DNA of 64,000 bases from Alphaproteobacteria bacterium (GTDB lineage Bacteria > Pseudomonadota > Alphaproteobacteria > Bin65). The position numbers and the translations under genes were made by a program. A model generated the notes under the pieces. That model did not search any database and was not told the origin of the DNA. It worked only from the letters and a program-made list of their open reading frames with translations. The stretch is taken from the NCBI GenBank assembly GCA_965202925.1, contig CBDBCG010000006.1, forward strand, positions 120,002 through 184,001, given 5' to 3'. Below are positions 9,137-19,370 of this stretch, piece after piece (position 1 is the stretch's first letter; each line of letters opens with the position of its first letter).

Positions 9137-10081
9137 ATGCAACGCCGCGATATCCTGAAAACCGCCGCGCTCGGCTCGGCCGCCACTGCGGTGCTGGCAT
9201 CCTCGTCCCGCACCGTCTCGGCCGCCGGAAGCGACCGCCCGGCCTTCGTACTGATTCACGGTTCCTGGCACGGCGCCTGGACCTGGAATGAGATGACTCC
9301 GCTATTAGCCGAGGCAGGCTATGCTTCGCTGGCAATCGATTTGCCGGGCGCAGGCACACGAACCCGATTTCCCAAATCTTTTCTGAAGCGGCCGCTCGAC
9401 AAGGCGGCATTCGCAACCGAGAAGTCGCCAGTCGCCGGCATCGCGCAAGCAGACCGGACCGCGGCGGCAGTGGCGGCGGTCAATGCAGCGGCCGGTCTGG
9501 GCAACGGTAAGGTTATATTGGTCGGCCATTCATGGGGCGGGCTGACGATCTCGCACGTTGCTGAAGCCGTGCCGGAAAAGATCAAGGCCTTGGTCTATCT
9601 GGCGGCCTTCTTCTTACCCAATGGCATGCCGGCAGGCGCCATACTTGGCGATCCGACATTCCAGACCCAGCACGTACCGCCACTCTTCATGGCTGACCCG
9701 GCCAAGGTCGGCGCAATCCGACTGGACCCGCGATCATCGGATCCGGTTTACGTGGCCAAGGCTAAGCAGGCATTTTACCAAGATATCTCAGACGCTCATT
9801 TCGCAGCCATCGCCAACCTGCTGCATTGCGACGAGGTCGCTTCTACAGGCGGCGTGCCGATAGCGATTTCTGCCGCAAGATACGGCAAGATCGCGAGACA
9901 CTATATTCGTTGCGCCGGCGACAACGCCGTCCCGGCCGCCGCGCAGGACAAGATGGTTCAACTAGTCGATGCGTCGGATATCGGTGGCAAGACGACGGTA
10001 CACCGGATGTCGGGCGGTCATTCGCCCTTCTTCGCCCAGCCGAAAGCGCTGATGGCCGTGTTCGACAAGATTGCCGGCTAG
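9137..10081 (+). CDS. Tat-exported alpha/beta hydrolase (esterase-like)
   Basis: Twin-arginine leader MQRRDILKTAALGSAATAVLASSSRTVSAAG. Nucleophile-elbow motif LVGHSWGG, plus FVLIHGSWHGAWTW. SD sequence ggaggtggagag lies upstream of the ATG. Confidence 0.8.
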   Translation: MQRRDILKTAALGSAATAVLASSSRTVSAAGSDRPAFVLIHGSWHGAWTWNEMTPLLAEAGYASLAIDLPGAGTRTRFPKSFLKRPLDKAAFATEKSPVAGIAQADRTAAAVAAVNAAAGLGNGKVILVGHSWGGLTISHVAEAVPEKIKALVYLAAFFLPNGMPAGAILGDPTFQTQHVPPLFMADPAKVGAIRLDPRSSDPVYVAKAKQAFYQDISDAHFAAIANLLHCDEVASTGGVPIAISAARYGKIARHYIRCAGDNAVPAAAQDKMVQLVDASDIGGKTTVHRMSGGHSPFFAQPKALMAVFDKIAG

Positions 10082-10262
10082 GCACCGGAGCGACTTGGCA
10101 ATCTGTGTATGGCATCAAGTTCCGTAGCCGTGCACAGATACATGAGGGGACGGCTTGGACGGGCGAAGACTGCCGTCACCCGCGCGGAACCGATCCATCC
10201 CGGTGTTCGGTTCAGGTTGACCGGACGCTTCCCGGGAATTTCTTGGCGACGACGGCGGTGAG

Positions 10263-11075
10263 ATGCAGCTGATTGCCAATACCAGGATGTATGGCGTGGG
10301 AGAGCAGTGCCGCCGGCGCTGGAATGAGTTGGTTGCGCATATTTCGCAGAGTTCGGGGGTTTCCCTGCACATTCTCGAACACGCAGCGCCAGCGCCGATG
10401 ACGGAGCTGTGGAACCGTCCCGACATGGGGCTCGTACAGATGTGCGGCTGGCCGTTCTGGCAATCGGACCCGCGGCCCAACCTGGTCGCAGTTCCGGTTC
10501 TCGATCATGCCTATTGCCAGGATCGGCCGCTTTACTGGACCGACATGGTCGTGCGGCGCGATGAAGAGGCCGAGAGTCTCGAAGACATGTTCGATCGCCG
10601 AATCGGCTGGACGACCGAGCATTCCCACTCGGGGTACAACGCGCCGAGATGGATGCTGCTGCCGTACTTTCGGAAATCCGGCGAGCCCCTGTTTTCCCAA
10701 AGTCTCGGTCCATACAAGTCACCGATGGGAATTATAAATGCGCTGCTCGGCGACGAAATCGATGTCGGCCCGGTTGACGGATACTTCCGTCTTCTTCTGG
10801 AACTCTATCGGCCCGAACTTGCAGCAGAGCTGCGCACGATTGCGGTAACGGATCTTGCGCCGATGCCGCCCTTTGTCGCTTCCAGCGGAATTTCGACCGA
10901 TGACCTGACGAAGTTACGGCATTCCGCGGCGGAAGCCCATCTGGAGACGTCTGCCGGAGCGATCATGGCCGATCTGGCGATCAGGAGATTCGTCCTGCCG
11001 GAGGATGGATTTTATGAAGCGACCGAGAAGTGGAGCCGGGAAGCCGTTGCCAATGGTTACGCTGAACCGGCGTAA
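10263..11075 (+). CDS. PhnD/SsuA-type substrate-binding-fold protein without a signal peptide
   Basis: The N-terminus MQLIANTRMYGV...LWNRPDMGLVQMCGWPF matches the pattern I associate with the PhnD-like 'phosphonate-bd' family. No hydrophobic leader is present. Confidence 0.55.
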   Translation: MQLIANTRMYGVGEQCRRRWNELVAHISQSSGVSLHILEHAAPAPMTELWNRPDMGLVQMCGWPFWQSDPRPNLVAVPVLDHAYCQDRPLYWTDMVVRRDEEAESLEDMFDRRIGWTTEHSHSGYNAPRWMLLPYFRKSGEPLFSQSLGPYKSPMGIINALLGDEIDVGPVDGYFRLLLELYRPELAAELRTIAVTDLAPMPPFVASSGISTDDLTKLRHSAAEAHLETSAGAIMADLAIRRFVLPEDGFYEATEKWSREAVANGYAEPA

Positions 11076-11226
11076 GCGTGAAGCGGGCGGCGCTCAATTC
11101 CCGGCCCTCTTGCGGCAGGATGCCGGTGGGATCGTAAGCGAAGGTTATTTGGGAAGGCGTACAGGGGATAGCCCGGAAGACCTTTCATTTTGAAATCAGC
11201 ATCGGTCCAACCGAAAGGAAGGAAAA

Positions 11227-12261
11227 ATGAGAACGGTAAAATTCGCGGCGTTGGCGTTCGGCGCCGCAGCGATGGCGAGTGTCGCGGCGATGCCCGCTGC
11301 GCTTGCCCAGGACAAGGTAACGACATTGCGGTGGGCGAGCTTCGTCTCGCCGAAAAGTACCAACAACGCAGTGGCCGTTCCGGCGTTCGCCAAGGCGATC
11401 GAGAAAGCGTCGGAAGGCACGCTCAAGATCGAACTCTACGCCGGCGGCACGTTGGGCAAGGGTCCGGTCCAGCAGTTGTCGATGGTCGAGAACAAGGTTG
11501 CCGACGTTGCGGAGGTGGTGGTCGCCTATTCGCCGGGCCGCTTTCCCGAACTGTCGATCTTCGAGCTTCCGTTCCTGGTGAAGAGCAATGTCGAGGCCGG
11601 CCTGGCGGCCTGGAAGCTCTACGAGAAGGGCCTGCTCTCGGATTTCGACGACCTGATGCTCGTCGGGATCATCATTTCCGGACCCTACGGCGTTTCGGCC
11701 ACCAAACCGATCACGTCGATCGCGGATCTGGCCGGACTGCGTCTGCGGGCGGCGGGTCCGATCCAGAACGAGATCGTGACGCGCCTCGGGGCCGTTCCCG
11801 TCGGGAACATTCCCGCGCCCGGGATCGCCCCGAACATCAGCCGCGGCGTGATCGACGGAACGTTGATGTCGGCAAGCAACGTATACACATTCCGCATTGC
11901 CGACGCCGCGAAACATCACAATTTCGACCTGAAGCTCGGGTCGGTTGCGGTGATCTACCCGATGCGCCGCGACACCTACAAGAAACTGCCGCCGAAGGCG
12001 AAAGCCGCCTTCGACAAGTATTCCGGCGCGTGGCTGACCCGCATTCTCGGCGAGGGTCTCGACCGGCAGCGCGACGGTGCGGTGAAGAAACTCCGGTCCG
12101 GCGGCGGCCATACGATTCACAAATGGGATGCGGCGGCCGTCGCCAAGGCCCGGAAACTGCTCGCGCCCATCGTTGCGAAGCATGACAAGGCCAATGCCAA
12201 GGGCGTCAATCTCTACCGGGAGGTGCTGGCCGCGATCAAGCAAGTGCGAAGCGCGAAATGA
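11227..12261 (+). CDS. TRAP transporter substrate-binding protein (DctP family)
   Basis: Signal peptide MRTVKFAALAFGAAAMASVAAMPAALAQ. Length is DctP-like, and it is followed by the Q and M permease genes. SD aaggaagg is present. Confidence 0.85.
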   Translation: MRTVKFAALAFGAAAMASVAAMPAALAQDKVTTLRWASFVSPKSTNNAVAVPAFAKAIEKASEGTLKIELYAGGTLGKGPVQQLSMVENKVADVAEVVVAYSPGRFPELSIFELPFLVKSNVEAGLAAWKLYEKGLLSDFDDLMLVGIIISGPYGVSATKPITSIADLAGLRLRAAGPIQNEIVTRLGAVPVGNIPAPGIAPNISRGVIDGTLMSASNVYTFRIADAAKHHNFDLKLGSVAVIYPMRRDTYKKLPPKAKAAFDKYSGAWLTRILGEGLDRQRDGAVKKLRSGGGHTIHKWDAAAVAKARKLLAPIVAKHDKANAKGVNLYREVLAAIKQVRSAK

Positions 12262-12320
12262 TCCCTGCCACACGCTGTCTGGCGCCCTGACTTCCTCTTG
12301 AGGCGTCCGGGAGTCGACGA

Positions 12321-12857
12321 ATGATCCGACTGATCGGGACCGCCGGAAACTATTCGGCGGTCCTCGGGCTGGTCTGCCTGCTGTCGATGTCCGCCGCCAT
12401 TCTGGCCGACGCGCTTACGCGAACGGTCTTCAATGCGCCGATTTACGGTCTGAACGATCTTCTGGAAATCCTGACGCCGGTCATCGTTGCGTCCTGTTTT
12501 CCGGTGACGCTCGCAACCATGCAGAACATCTCCATCCGCTTCCTGGGGCGGTGGCTGAAGCCCCGTGCCGGGCAGCTGGTGGAACTGTTCGGCCAGTTCG
12601 CCGCCCTGCTCGTCATGGCCGGAATCGTCTGGGAAGTCGGGCGCTATACCGGGAGTCTGGTCGAGCACGGGCAGTATACCTGGCTTCTCAGAATTCCGGT
12701 CTGGCCGAGCTGGGTCGTTTCGACCGCATTGCTGGCCTTCTGCCTGCCGGTCCAGGCGCTGGTCGTCGCCGGCGTGTTCAGGGACTTCAGGCGCGGCCGG
12801 CCCCTGGCGGGCTCGGAATCCGAAATCCGGGATACGGTCGAGGAAACCCGGCGATAG
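12321..12857 (+). CDS. TRAP transporter small permease (DctQ family)
   Basis: 178 aa with four hydrophobic segments, positioned between the P and M components. Confidence 0.8.
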   Translation: MIRLIGTAGNYSAVLGLVCLLSMSAAILADALTRTVFNAPIYGLNDLLEILTPVIVASCFPVTLATMQNISIRFLGRWLKPRAGQLVELFGQFAALLVMAGIVWEVGRYTGSLVEHGQYTWLLRIPVWPSWVVSTALLAFCLPVQALVVAGVFRDFRRGRPLAGSESEIRDTVEETRR

Positions 12858-14161
12858 TGGATCCCATCACCATCGGTCTGCTGTCGTTCCTGGGAATGCT
12901 GACGCTGATCGCGGTGCATGTGCCGGTCGGAATCGCGATGGCGGTCGCCGGCGTTATCGGCTTTGCGATCATGACGGGAGATCCGCTCGCCGCCATTTCG
13001 ATGTTCGGATCGGAAACGGCGAGCGCGATCTCCAGTCCGGCGCTGATCATCATTCCGATGTTTCTTCTCATGGGCTCTTTTGCGGGAGTGTCGGGGCTCG
13101 CGAGCGACCTGTACCACCTCGCCAATTCGCTGTTCGGGCATCGCCGCGGCGGGCTGGCGATGGCGACGGTCGCCGGCTGCGGCGGCTTCGGCGCCGCCTG
13201 CGGCTCGTCGATCGCGACGACGGCGACGATGGCGCGGATCGCGCTGCCGGAAATGGAGCGGCGGGGCTATGCCCAAAGCCTGGGCGCGGGATCGATCGCC
13301 GCCGGCGGCACTCTGGGATCCCTGATCCCGCCCTCGTCGATCATGCTGATCTACGCCTTCCTCACCGAGCAGTTCGTCGTCACGCTCTTCATCGCCGGCG
13401 TCATCCCCGGCCTCCTGACGATCGCGATCTATTTCCTCGCCATCCAGGTCGTCGTCAGGCGCAATCCGTCGCTCGCGCCAGCCGGCCCCAGGCAAACCTG
13501 GGCCCAGACCGCCAGAACGGCGGCCAACAGCTGGGGCATCGTCACGATCATCCTCATCATGACCGTCGGGCTTTATGGCGGGGTGTTCACGGTCATCGAG
13601 GCGGCGGCGGCGGGGACGCTCATCGCCTTCCTGTTCGCCGTCGCGCGCGGCACGTTGAACCGCGATTCCTTCTTCCGGACCATCGGCGAAACGGCCGGCA
13701 ATGTCGGCCTGCTGTACACGATCATCATCGGGGCCCACATTTTCTCCAACCTGATTACGGTCACCAGAATGCCGGCCGCCCTGGTGGACTGGGTCGTCGG
13801 TCTCGGCCTGCCGGCTCTCGCCATCATCTTCGTGCTGGCCGGGATCTACATCGCGCTCGGCGCCATTTTCGATTCCGTCGCCGCCATGGTCATCACGCTC
13901 CCCTTCGTTTTTCCGCTGGTTACGGACGGGCTGGGCTACGACCCGATCTGGTGGGGGATCGTCATGATCATGGTGATCGAGATCGGCATGATCACGCCGC
14001 CGATCGGTATCAACGTCTTCGTCATGCACGGCGTCCGGCGCGATATCCCGCTCGGCACGATATTTCGGGGAATCGTTTCGTTCCTGTGCGCCGATTTCGT
14101 CCGGCTTACGCTCGTCATCCTGTTTCCGGCCATAGCCCTCTGGCTGCCGCGGACCATGTGA
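12857..14161 (+). CDS. TRAP transporter large permease (DctM family)
   Basis: Within ORF 12551..14161. An in-frame GTG at 12857 overlaps the dctQ stop (TAGTG) and begins VDPITIGLLSFLGMLTLIAVHVPVGIAMAVAG. The protein is a polytopic membrane protein of about 434 aa. Confidence 0.85.
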   Translation: MDPITIGLLSFLGMLTLIAVHVPVGIAMAVAGVIGFAIMTGDPLAAISMFGSETASAISSPALIIIPMFLLMGSFAGVSGLASDLYHLANSLFGHRRGGLAMATVAGCGGFGAACGSSIATTATMARIALPEMERRGYAQSLGAGSIAAGGTLGSLIPPSSIMLIYAFLTEQFVVTLFIAGVIPGLLTIAIYFLAIQVVVRRNPSLAPAGPRQTWAQTARTAANSWGIVTIILIMTVGLYGGVFTVIEAAAAGTLIAFLFAVARGTLNRDSFFRTIGETAGNVGLLYTIIIGAHIFSNLITVTRMPAALVDWVVGLGLPALAIIFVLAGIYIALGAIFDSVAAMVITLPFVFPLVTDGLGYDPIWWGIVMIMVIEIGMITPPIGINVFVMHGVRRDIPLGTIFRGIVSFLCADFVRLTLVILFPAIALWLPRTM

Positions 14162-14173
14162 GACGCGCGAAAA

Positions 14174-15073
14174 ATGGACCACAGGGCATTCCTCAGATCC
14201 CTGTCCAGAGCGGACCGCAAGGCGCTCGCCGAACAGAAGGACGGACCGGGGCTGCGCCACCTGGCCGTCTACATCGCGCTGATGCTCGCCTTTGCCGTCC
14301 CGATCGCCCTTCGCGTGCCGGGATGGCCGGTGCTGATGGTTCCGCTCGGCATCCTGCTGGCCTTCCTGTTCAATCTCGAGCACGAATGCGTGCACACGAC
14401 CCCGTTCAGGACGAAATGGATCAACGAATGGTGCGGCCGGATCTCGGGATTGCTGATCCTGCAACCCTTTCAGTGGTTCAGATACTTTCACTTCTCCCAT
14501 CACCGGTTCACCAACGACCCGGAACGCGACCCGGAACTGGTCGGCAAACCGAAGCCGAAGACCGTCCGGCAATACATCGTCTTCGCGCTGGCGCCGCTCT
14601 ACTGGAAAAACAAGGTGATTCTGCTGTTTTCGAATGCGCGCGGCACAGCCTTCGACGAATTCGTACCGGAAAACGCCTTTGGGCAACTCAAGGCGGAAGC
14701 GCGAATTTCGATCGGGATGTACACGGCAGCCCTGGTGTTTTCGGTCGGGGTGTCGCCCGTACTGGTCTGGGTCTGGCTTGTGCCGCTGGTTGTCGGATTC
14801 CCGTTTCTCAGACTCTATCATCTTGCCGAACACGGTCTTTGTCCGGCGGTCGAAGACATGTTCGAGCATTCGCGCACGGTCTTCACCAACCGTATCGTGC
14901 GCTTCGTGACCTGGAACATGCCCTATCACATCGAGCACCATACCCTGCCCATGGTGCCGTTCTTCCGGCTTCCGGAACTGCACCGGCTCGTCAGGGATCA
15001 TCTGAAGACGACCAGCGACGGTTACGCGCGGTTTACGGCCGATTACGCAAGTCGACTGACGCCGGGAAGATAA
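14174..15073 (+). CDS. Fatty acid desaturase family membrane protein
   Basis: The three histidine boxes are present: HECVH, HFSHHRF and HIEHH. Confidence 0.85.
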   Translation: MDHRAFLRSLSRADRKALAEQKDGPGLRHLAVYIALMLAFAVPIALRVPGWPVLMVPLGILLAFLFNLEHECVHTTPFRTKWINEWCGRISGLLILQPFQWFRYFHFSHHRFTNDPERDPELVGKPKPKTVRQYIVFALAPLYWKNKVILLFSNARGTAFDEFVPENAFGQLKAEARISIGMYTAALVFSVGVSPVLVWVWLVPLVVGFPFLRLYHLAEHGLCPAVEDMFEHSRTVFTNRIVRFVTWNMPYHIEHHTLPMVPFFRLPELHRLVRDHLKTTSDGYARFTADYASRLTPGR

Positions 15074-15222
15074 CGAGCCTCAGGGGTGGCCGATGTTGAG
15101 GAGTCCGATGGCGCCACAGTCGACTACGACAGCATCCCGTCCGGTAATCGACTTTCTTTGCCGGGCATTTCCTGCCGGATTATCGTCTCCGGCAGAACTG
15201 CCGAGACGGTGAGTATCGATCC

Positions 15223-16941
15223 ATGATTGAAGACCGTTCCGGAACCGGGCTTCCGAAAAACCCCCGGGAATATAATTTTGCCCTCGGCGCCTGGACGAGA
15301 GAGATCGCGACCGGGTCGCCCGAAGCCCAGGCCTGGTTCGATCTCGGCCTGAACTGGACCTATGCCTACAACCATGAAGAGGCTGTTGCCTGCTTTCGCG
15401 CGGCGCTCGAACACGACCCCGATTGCGCGATGGCCTGGTGGGGCATCGCCTATGCCGCCGGCCCTTTCTACAACCGGCCGTGGCTCCGCTACAGCGCGCG
15501 GGAAATCGCCGAGACGCTGCCCCTGTGCCACAACGCGGCGAACGAGGCGCGCCGCGCGTTCGATCGGTCGGGCAACGCCAGGCCCGACGAACGCGCGCTC
15601 ATCGAGGCGGTATCGGCCCGGTATCGATCGCCCGGCGAGTCGGACCATCGCGTTCTGGACCGGTGGCACCGGGCGTTCACCGACGAAATGCGGAAGGTCC
15701 ACGCCGCTTTCCCGCGCGACCCGGATATCGCCGCGCTCTTTGCGGAAGCGGCGATAACCTGCACGCCCCGGCAGTTATGGGATCTCAAAACCGGCAGACC
15801 GAAGCCGGACGCCCTGACCGGGGAAGCGGCGTGCGTGCTGGAGACCGCCCTCGAAGAGATCGAGAGCTCCGGCGTGCGGCACCCGGGCATCCTTCACATC
15901 TATATCCACCTCATGGAGATGTCGCCGTTCCCGGAACGGGCCCTGCGCGCCGCCGACATGCTGCGCGGGCTCGTGGCGGACGCCGGCCATATCGAGCATA
16001 TGTCGGCGCATATCGACATTCTGTGCGGCGACTATGCGCAGGCTGTCGGGCAGAACCGGCGCGCCGTCCGGGCCGACGACAAATATCTGCGCCATGCCGG
16101 TCCGTTCAATTTTTATACGACGGCGCGGTGCCACAACCTGCATCTGCTCATGTATGCCGCGATGTTCCTCGGACAGTACGAGACGGCGATCGCCGCCGCA
16201 GACCGGATATGCGCAACGGCGACGCCGGATCTGGTCGCCTCCAGCCCTCCCTTCATGGCCAGCATCCTGGACGGCTATTCGGCCATGCGGACCCACGTAT
16301 ACGTCCGCTTCGGCAAATGGCGCGAACTGATCGACGACCGGCTTCCGGACTCCGCCAGGCAAGCCCCGATGCGCGTCGCGATGCATCTGTATGGCAAAGG
16401 CGTGGCATACGCCGCCCTTGGCGAGATCGAGCGCTCGGAAGCGGAGAAAAGACGTTTCGAGGACTATTGTGAGACCGTTCCCGAAGACGCCATTTTTCTC
16501 AGCAACACCGTCCGGGACATCCTGCGCGTCGGCACGGCGATGCTGGAAGGCGAACTGGAATACCGCAAGCGGAACCACGCGGCGGCGTTCGATGCGCTGC
16601 GGCTGGCGGTCGAGCGCGACGACAATCTCAATTTCACCGAGCCCTGGGCCTGGATGCATCCGCCGCGCCACGCGCTGGGCGCGCTGCTGGTGCAACAGGG
16701 CCGGTTCGAAGAAGCCGAGGCCGTCTACCGGGCGGATCTCGGCTACACCGGCGACGTTGCCCGATGCAGCCAGCATCCCGACAATGTATGGGCGCTGCAC
16801 GGGCTGCTGGAGTGCGTGAGGAGAAACGGCGACTCGAACGAAGCGCGGCTGCTCCAGCAGAAGCTGACGGTGGCCCTGGCAAGAACGGACGTTCCCATAC
16901 GGGCGTCCTGCTATTGCCGGACACACCAGGATGCTGGCTGA
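15223..16941 (+). CDS. TPR-like repeat protein, function unknown
   Basis: 572-aa ORF with ordinary composition. It has helical-repeat-like segments (AQAWFDLGLNWTYAYNHEEAVACFRAALEHDPDCAMAWWGIAYA). Confidence 0.55.
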   Translation: MIEDRSGTGLPKNPREYNFALGAWTREIATGSPEAQAWFDLGLNWTYAYNHEEAVACFRAALEHDPDCAMAWWGIAYAAGPFYNRPWLRYSAREIAETLPLCHNAANEARRAFDRSGNARPDERALIEAVSARYRSPGESDHRVLDRWHRAFTDEMRKVHAAFPRDPDIAALFAEAAITCTPRQLWDLKTGRPKPDALTGEAACVLETALEEIESSGVRHPGILHIYIHLMEMSPFPERALRAADMLRGLVADAGHIEHMSAHIDILCGDYAQAVGQNRRAVRADDKYLRHAGPFNFYTTARCHNLHLLMYAAMFLGQYETAIAAADRICATATPDLVASSPPFMASILDGYSAMRTHVYVRFGKWRELIDDRLPDSARQAPMRVAMHLYGKGVAYAALGEIERSEAEKRRFEDYCETVPEDAIFLSNTVRDILRVGTAMLEGELEYRKRNHAAAFDALRLAVERDDNLNFTEPWAWMHPPRHALGALLVQQGRFEEAEAVYRADLGYTGDVARCSQHPDNVWALHGLLECVRRNGDSNEARLLQQKLTVALARTDVPIRASCYCRTHQDAG

Positions 16942-16990
16942 CAGCAATCGTCCGCCGTCTGCAGTTTGCGACGGCAGGCCGGACTGTTCG

Positions 16991-17719
16991 TCAGCACCCG
17001 AGCCGTTCTGCAAGTTCGACCAAGTTTTCGACGGCCAGGTCCACGCCGGGCGCGGCCCGGGCGTCCTCGATCCGGTCCTCGGCGTCTTCGGCCGGGCGGC
17101 GGACGAAGGCAGTGCGCAGGCCGCAGGCTGCGGCGGCGCGCAGATCGTCGTTATGCGACGCGACCATCAGGCATTGCGCCGGTTCGAGCCCGAGCATGTC
17201 CACGGCGGCAAAATAGGCCTCGGGCCGCGGCTTGTAGTAGCCGGTGACCTCGGCCGACAGAATGGCATCCCAGGGCAGGCCGCCGCGCCTTGCCATGGCG
17301 ACCAGCAGCGCGACATTGCCGCTCGAGACAGCCGCCAGGATGTAGCGCGTGCGCAGCCGGGTCATGCCCGGCACGGAATCGGGCCAGGGATCGAGCCGGT
17401 GCCAGGCCTTCGCGAGCCAGCCGAATTCCGCCCGGGTGAGCGTACCGGAGGCGACGCCGAACTCGTTCAGCGTCTCCCGCAGGTTGTCGCGGTTGAGATC
17501 GTCGGCGCGGATCGAGCGTTCGGCGCGCGCCGCCGCCTCTTCCGGCGAGCCCGCCATCTTGCTGCGCTCCTTGAAGGCGATCGCAAAGGCGTTCCAGTCG
17601 AGCGAGAGGCCCTTTTCGCAGCCGAGCAGCGCTCTGGCGTCGCGCGCGATTCCGCCCCGCCAGTCCACGACGGTGCCGAAAACGTCGTAAGTGAGCGCCT
17701 TTATCTCTGCGGGCTCCAT
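16991..17719 (-). CDS. Haloacid dehalogenase type II / HAD-superfamily hydrolase
   Basis: Within ORF 16991..17797. Started at MEPAEIKALTYDVFGTVVDWRGG, which carries the HAD motif I-like DVFGT. The product is about 243 aa. Confidence 0.7.
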   Translation of the reverse strand: MEPAEIKALTYDVFGTVVDWRGGIARDARALLGCEKGLSLDWNAFAIAFKERSKMAGSPEEAAARAERSIRADDLNRDNLRETLNEFGVASGTLTRAEFGWLAKAWHRLDPWPDSVPGMTRLRTRYILAAVSSGNVALLVAMARRGGLPWDAILSAEVTGYYKPRPEAYFAAVDMLGLEPAQCLMVASHNDDLRAAAACGLRTAFVRRPAEDAEDRIEDARAAPGVDLAVENLVELAERLGC

Positions 17720-17842
17720 CCTGTCCTCTCTGACGGGCCCAAAATCGATGGGCGGCACGCTGACCGGCGACCGGCGACCGGGAATCGCCCGGAACAAAAG
17801 GACCGGTTTCTATCCGCCGTTCCTGGACCAGCGATGTTGATT

Positions 17843-17929
17843 ACATAAGTATGCCTTATATTTTAAGTAATTTAAATTGTTTGTACCCGTTCATGCGTAA
17901 CGAATAGGATACGGAAGGATATAAGAATT
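17843..17929 (+). promoter_or_regulatory. Operator/promoter cassette copy 1 (LysR-type T-N11-A palindrome plus downstream half-site)
   Basis: Box A is ACATAAGtatgcCTTATA (17843-17860). AATTtAAATTGtTTGT follows. The ATAAGAATT half-site is at 17921-17929. The cassette lies in an AT-rich gap (line 17841-17900 = 16/60 G+C) upstream of the CoA-transferase gene. Confidence 0.55.
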
Positions 17930-18158
17930 CTTCGTTGAACTTGCGGGACAGGCTTGCCGGTCCAACGGACCGGGGGACGCAGGCTCCCGGACATGGAGTG
18001 CGTTGGGGCCGGTTTCGATGACCGGGCCCGTTTCAGTCCGAATAATTGTCCGGATATTGACGCAGCTTCAGGATACCGGCGGCGAACCCCCGACCCTCGC
18101 GCGGTCGAACGCGCGGCCCGACCGGGTGTCGCTGGTATGACCGCATCGGAGGCTCTCC

Positions 18159-19370
18159 ATGCCCTTGCCGCTGGAAAACATTCGCGTGCTCGATCTGACC
18201 CGCGCCGCTGCCGGCCCTTTCTGCACGATGATCCTGGGCGATCTCGGCGCCGACGTGGTCAAGGTCGAAGCCTGGCCGAAGGGCGATTTCCTGCGGAGCT
18301 CGGGCCCCTACGACCACGACATCTCGGTCTATTTCCTCAGCATCAATCGCAACAAGCGCGGCCTCGGAGTCGATTTTCGCAACGCGGCGGGCCTTGAGGC
18401 GGTGCGCCGGATCGCGGCACAGGCCGATGTCGTGGTCGAGAATTTCAAGCCGGGGACAGCCGAGGCGATGGGCCTCGGCTACGACGACATCAGGGCGGCG
18501 AACCCGAAGGTCATCTATGGCAGCATCTCAGGCATGGGCCGGACCGGTCCTTACGGCAGCTGGCCCGGCCTCGACCAGATCGCGCAGGGCATGTCGGGCA
18601 TGATGAGCGTTACCGGCCATCCGGGCGGCGAGCCGACCCGCTATGGCGTGCCCATCGGCGATTTCACGGCCGGCATGTGGTGCGCGATCGCCATCACGGC
18701 GGCGATCGCCCAGCGGCACGTCACGGGCGAAGGCCAGCGGGTCGAGACGTCGCTGCTGGCGGCTCTGGTCGGCCTGCTCAGCGTGCAGGGCCAGCGTTAT
18801 CTTTCCAACGGCGAGGTGCCGGGCCAGGTCGGCAACGACCATCCGACCATCTATCCCTATGGTCTCTTCGAAGCGAAGGACGGGCCGATCAACGCGGCCG
18901 CGCTCAGCGAGGATCACTGGCAACGGCTGTGCAGGATCCTGGGGTGCGAGGAATTGCTGACGGAAGAGAAATTCGCGACGAACGATCTTCGCCGGGCGCA
19001 TCGGGACGAACTCCGCGACCTTTTGAACGCCCGGTTCCGCACCCGCGATGCCATCGCGTGGACCAGGGACCTGACCGAAGGCGGCATCCCGGCGGGCCCG
19101 GTCTATACGCTCGACCGGGTATTCGCCGATCCCCAGGTCCGGCAGCAGGGCATGGTCGAGGAGATCGAGCATCCCGTCATCGGCGCGCTGAAGATGCTTT
19201 CGAACCCGATGCGCATGGATGCTTTCGGGGGCAGTACCGTACGCAGGCCGCCGCCGTTGCTCGGCGAACACAACCGTGACGTCCTGAGGGACTACGGATT
19301 CTCCGCCGACGATATCGCCAGGCTGGAATCCGCCGGCGCCGTTGTCGGCGAAGCGCCGGCGGACGTATGA
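18159..19370 (+). CDS. CaiB/BaiF family (class III) CoA-transferase
   Basis: The N-terminus MPLPLENIRVLDLTRAAAGPFCTMILGDLGADVVKVE is typical of the family. The product is 403 aa. Confidence 0.85.
   Translation: MPLPLENIRVLDLTRAAAGPFCTMILGDLGADVVKVEAWPKGDFLRSSGPYDHDISVYFLSINRNKRGLGVDFRNAAGLEAVRRIAAQADVVVENFKPGTAEAMGLGYDDIRAANPKVIYGSISGMGRTGPYGSWPGLDQIAQGMSGMMSVTGHPGGEPTRYGVPIGDFTAGMWCAIAITAAIAQRHVTGEGQRVETSLLAALVGLLSVQGQRYLSNGEVPGQVGNDHPTIYPYGLFEAKDGPINAAALSEDHWQRLCRILGCEELLTEEKFATNDLRRAHRDELRDLLNARFRTRDAIAWTRDLTEGGIPAGPVYTLDRVFADPQVRQQGMVEEIEHPVIGALKMLSNPMRMDAFGGSTVRRPPPLLGEHNRDVLRDYGFSADDIARLESAGAVVGEAPADV

Noticed and set aside
12565-15099. 844-aa plus-strand ORF and 785-aa minus-strand ORF (12644..15001) spanning the dctM and desaturase genes
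   Set aside because: Both are extremely Arg/Gly/Asp/His-rich with no motifs. They cross a real gene boundary. The true frame encodes a typical polytopic DctM and a three-His-box desaturase.
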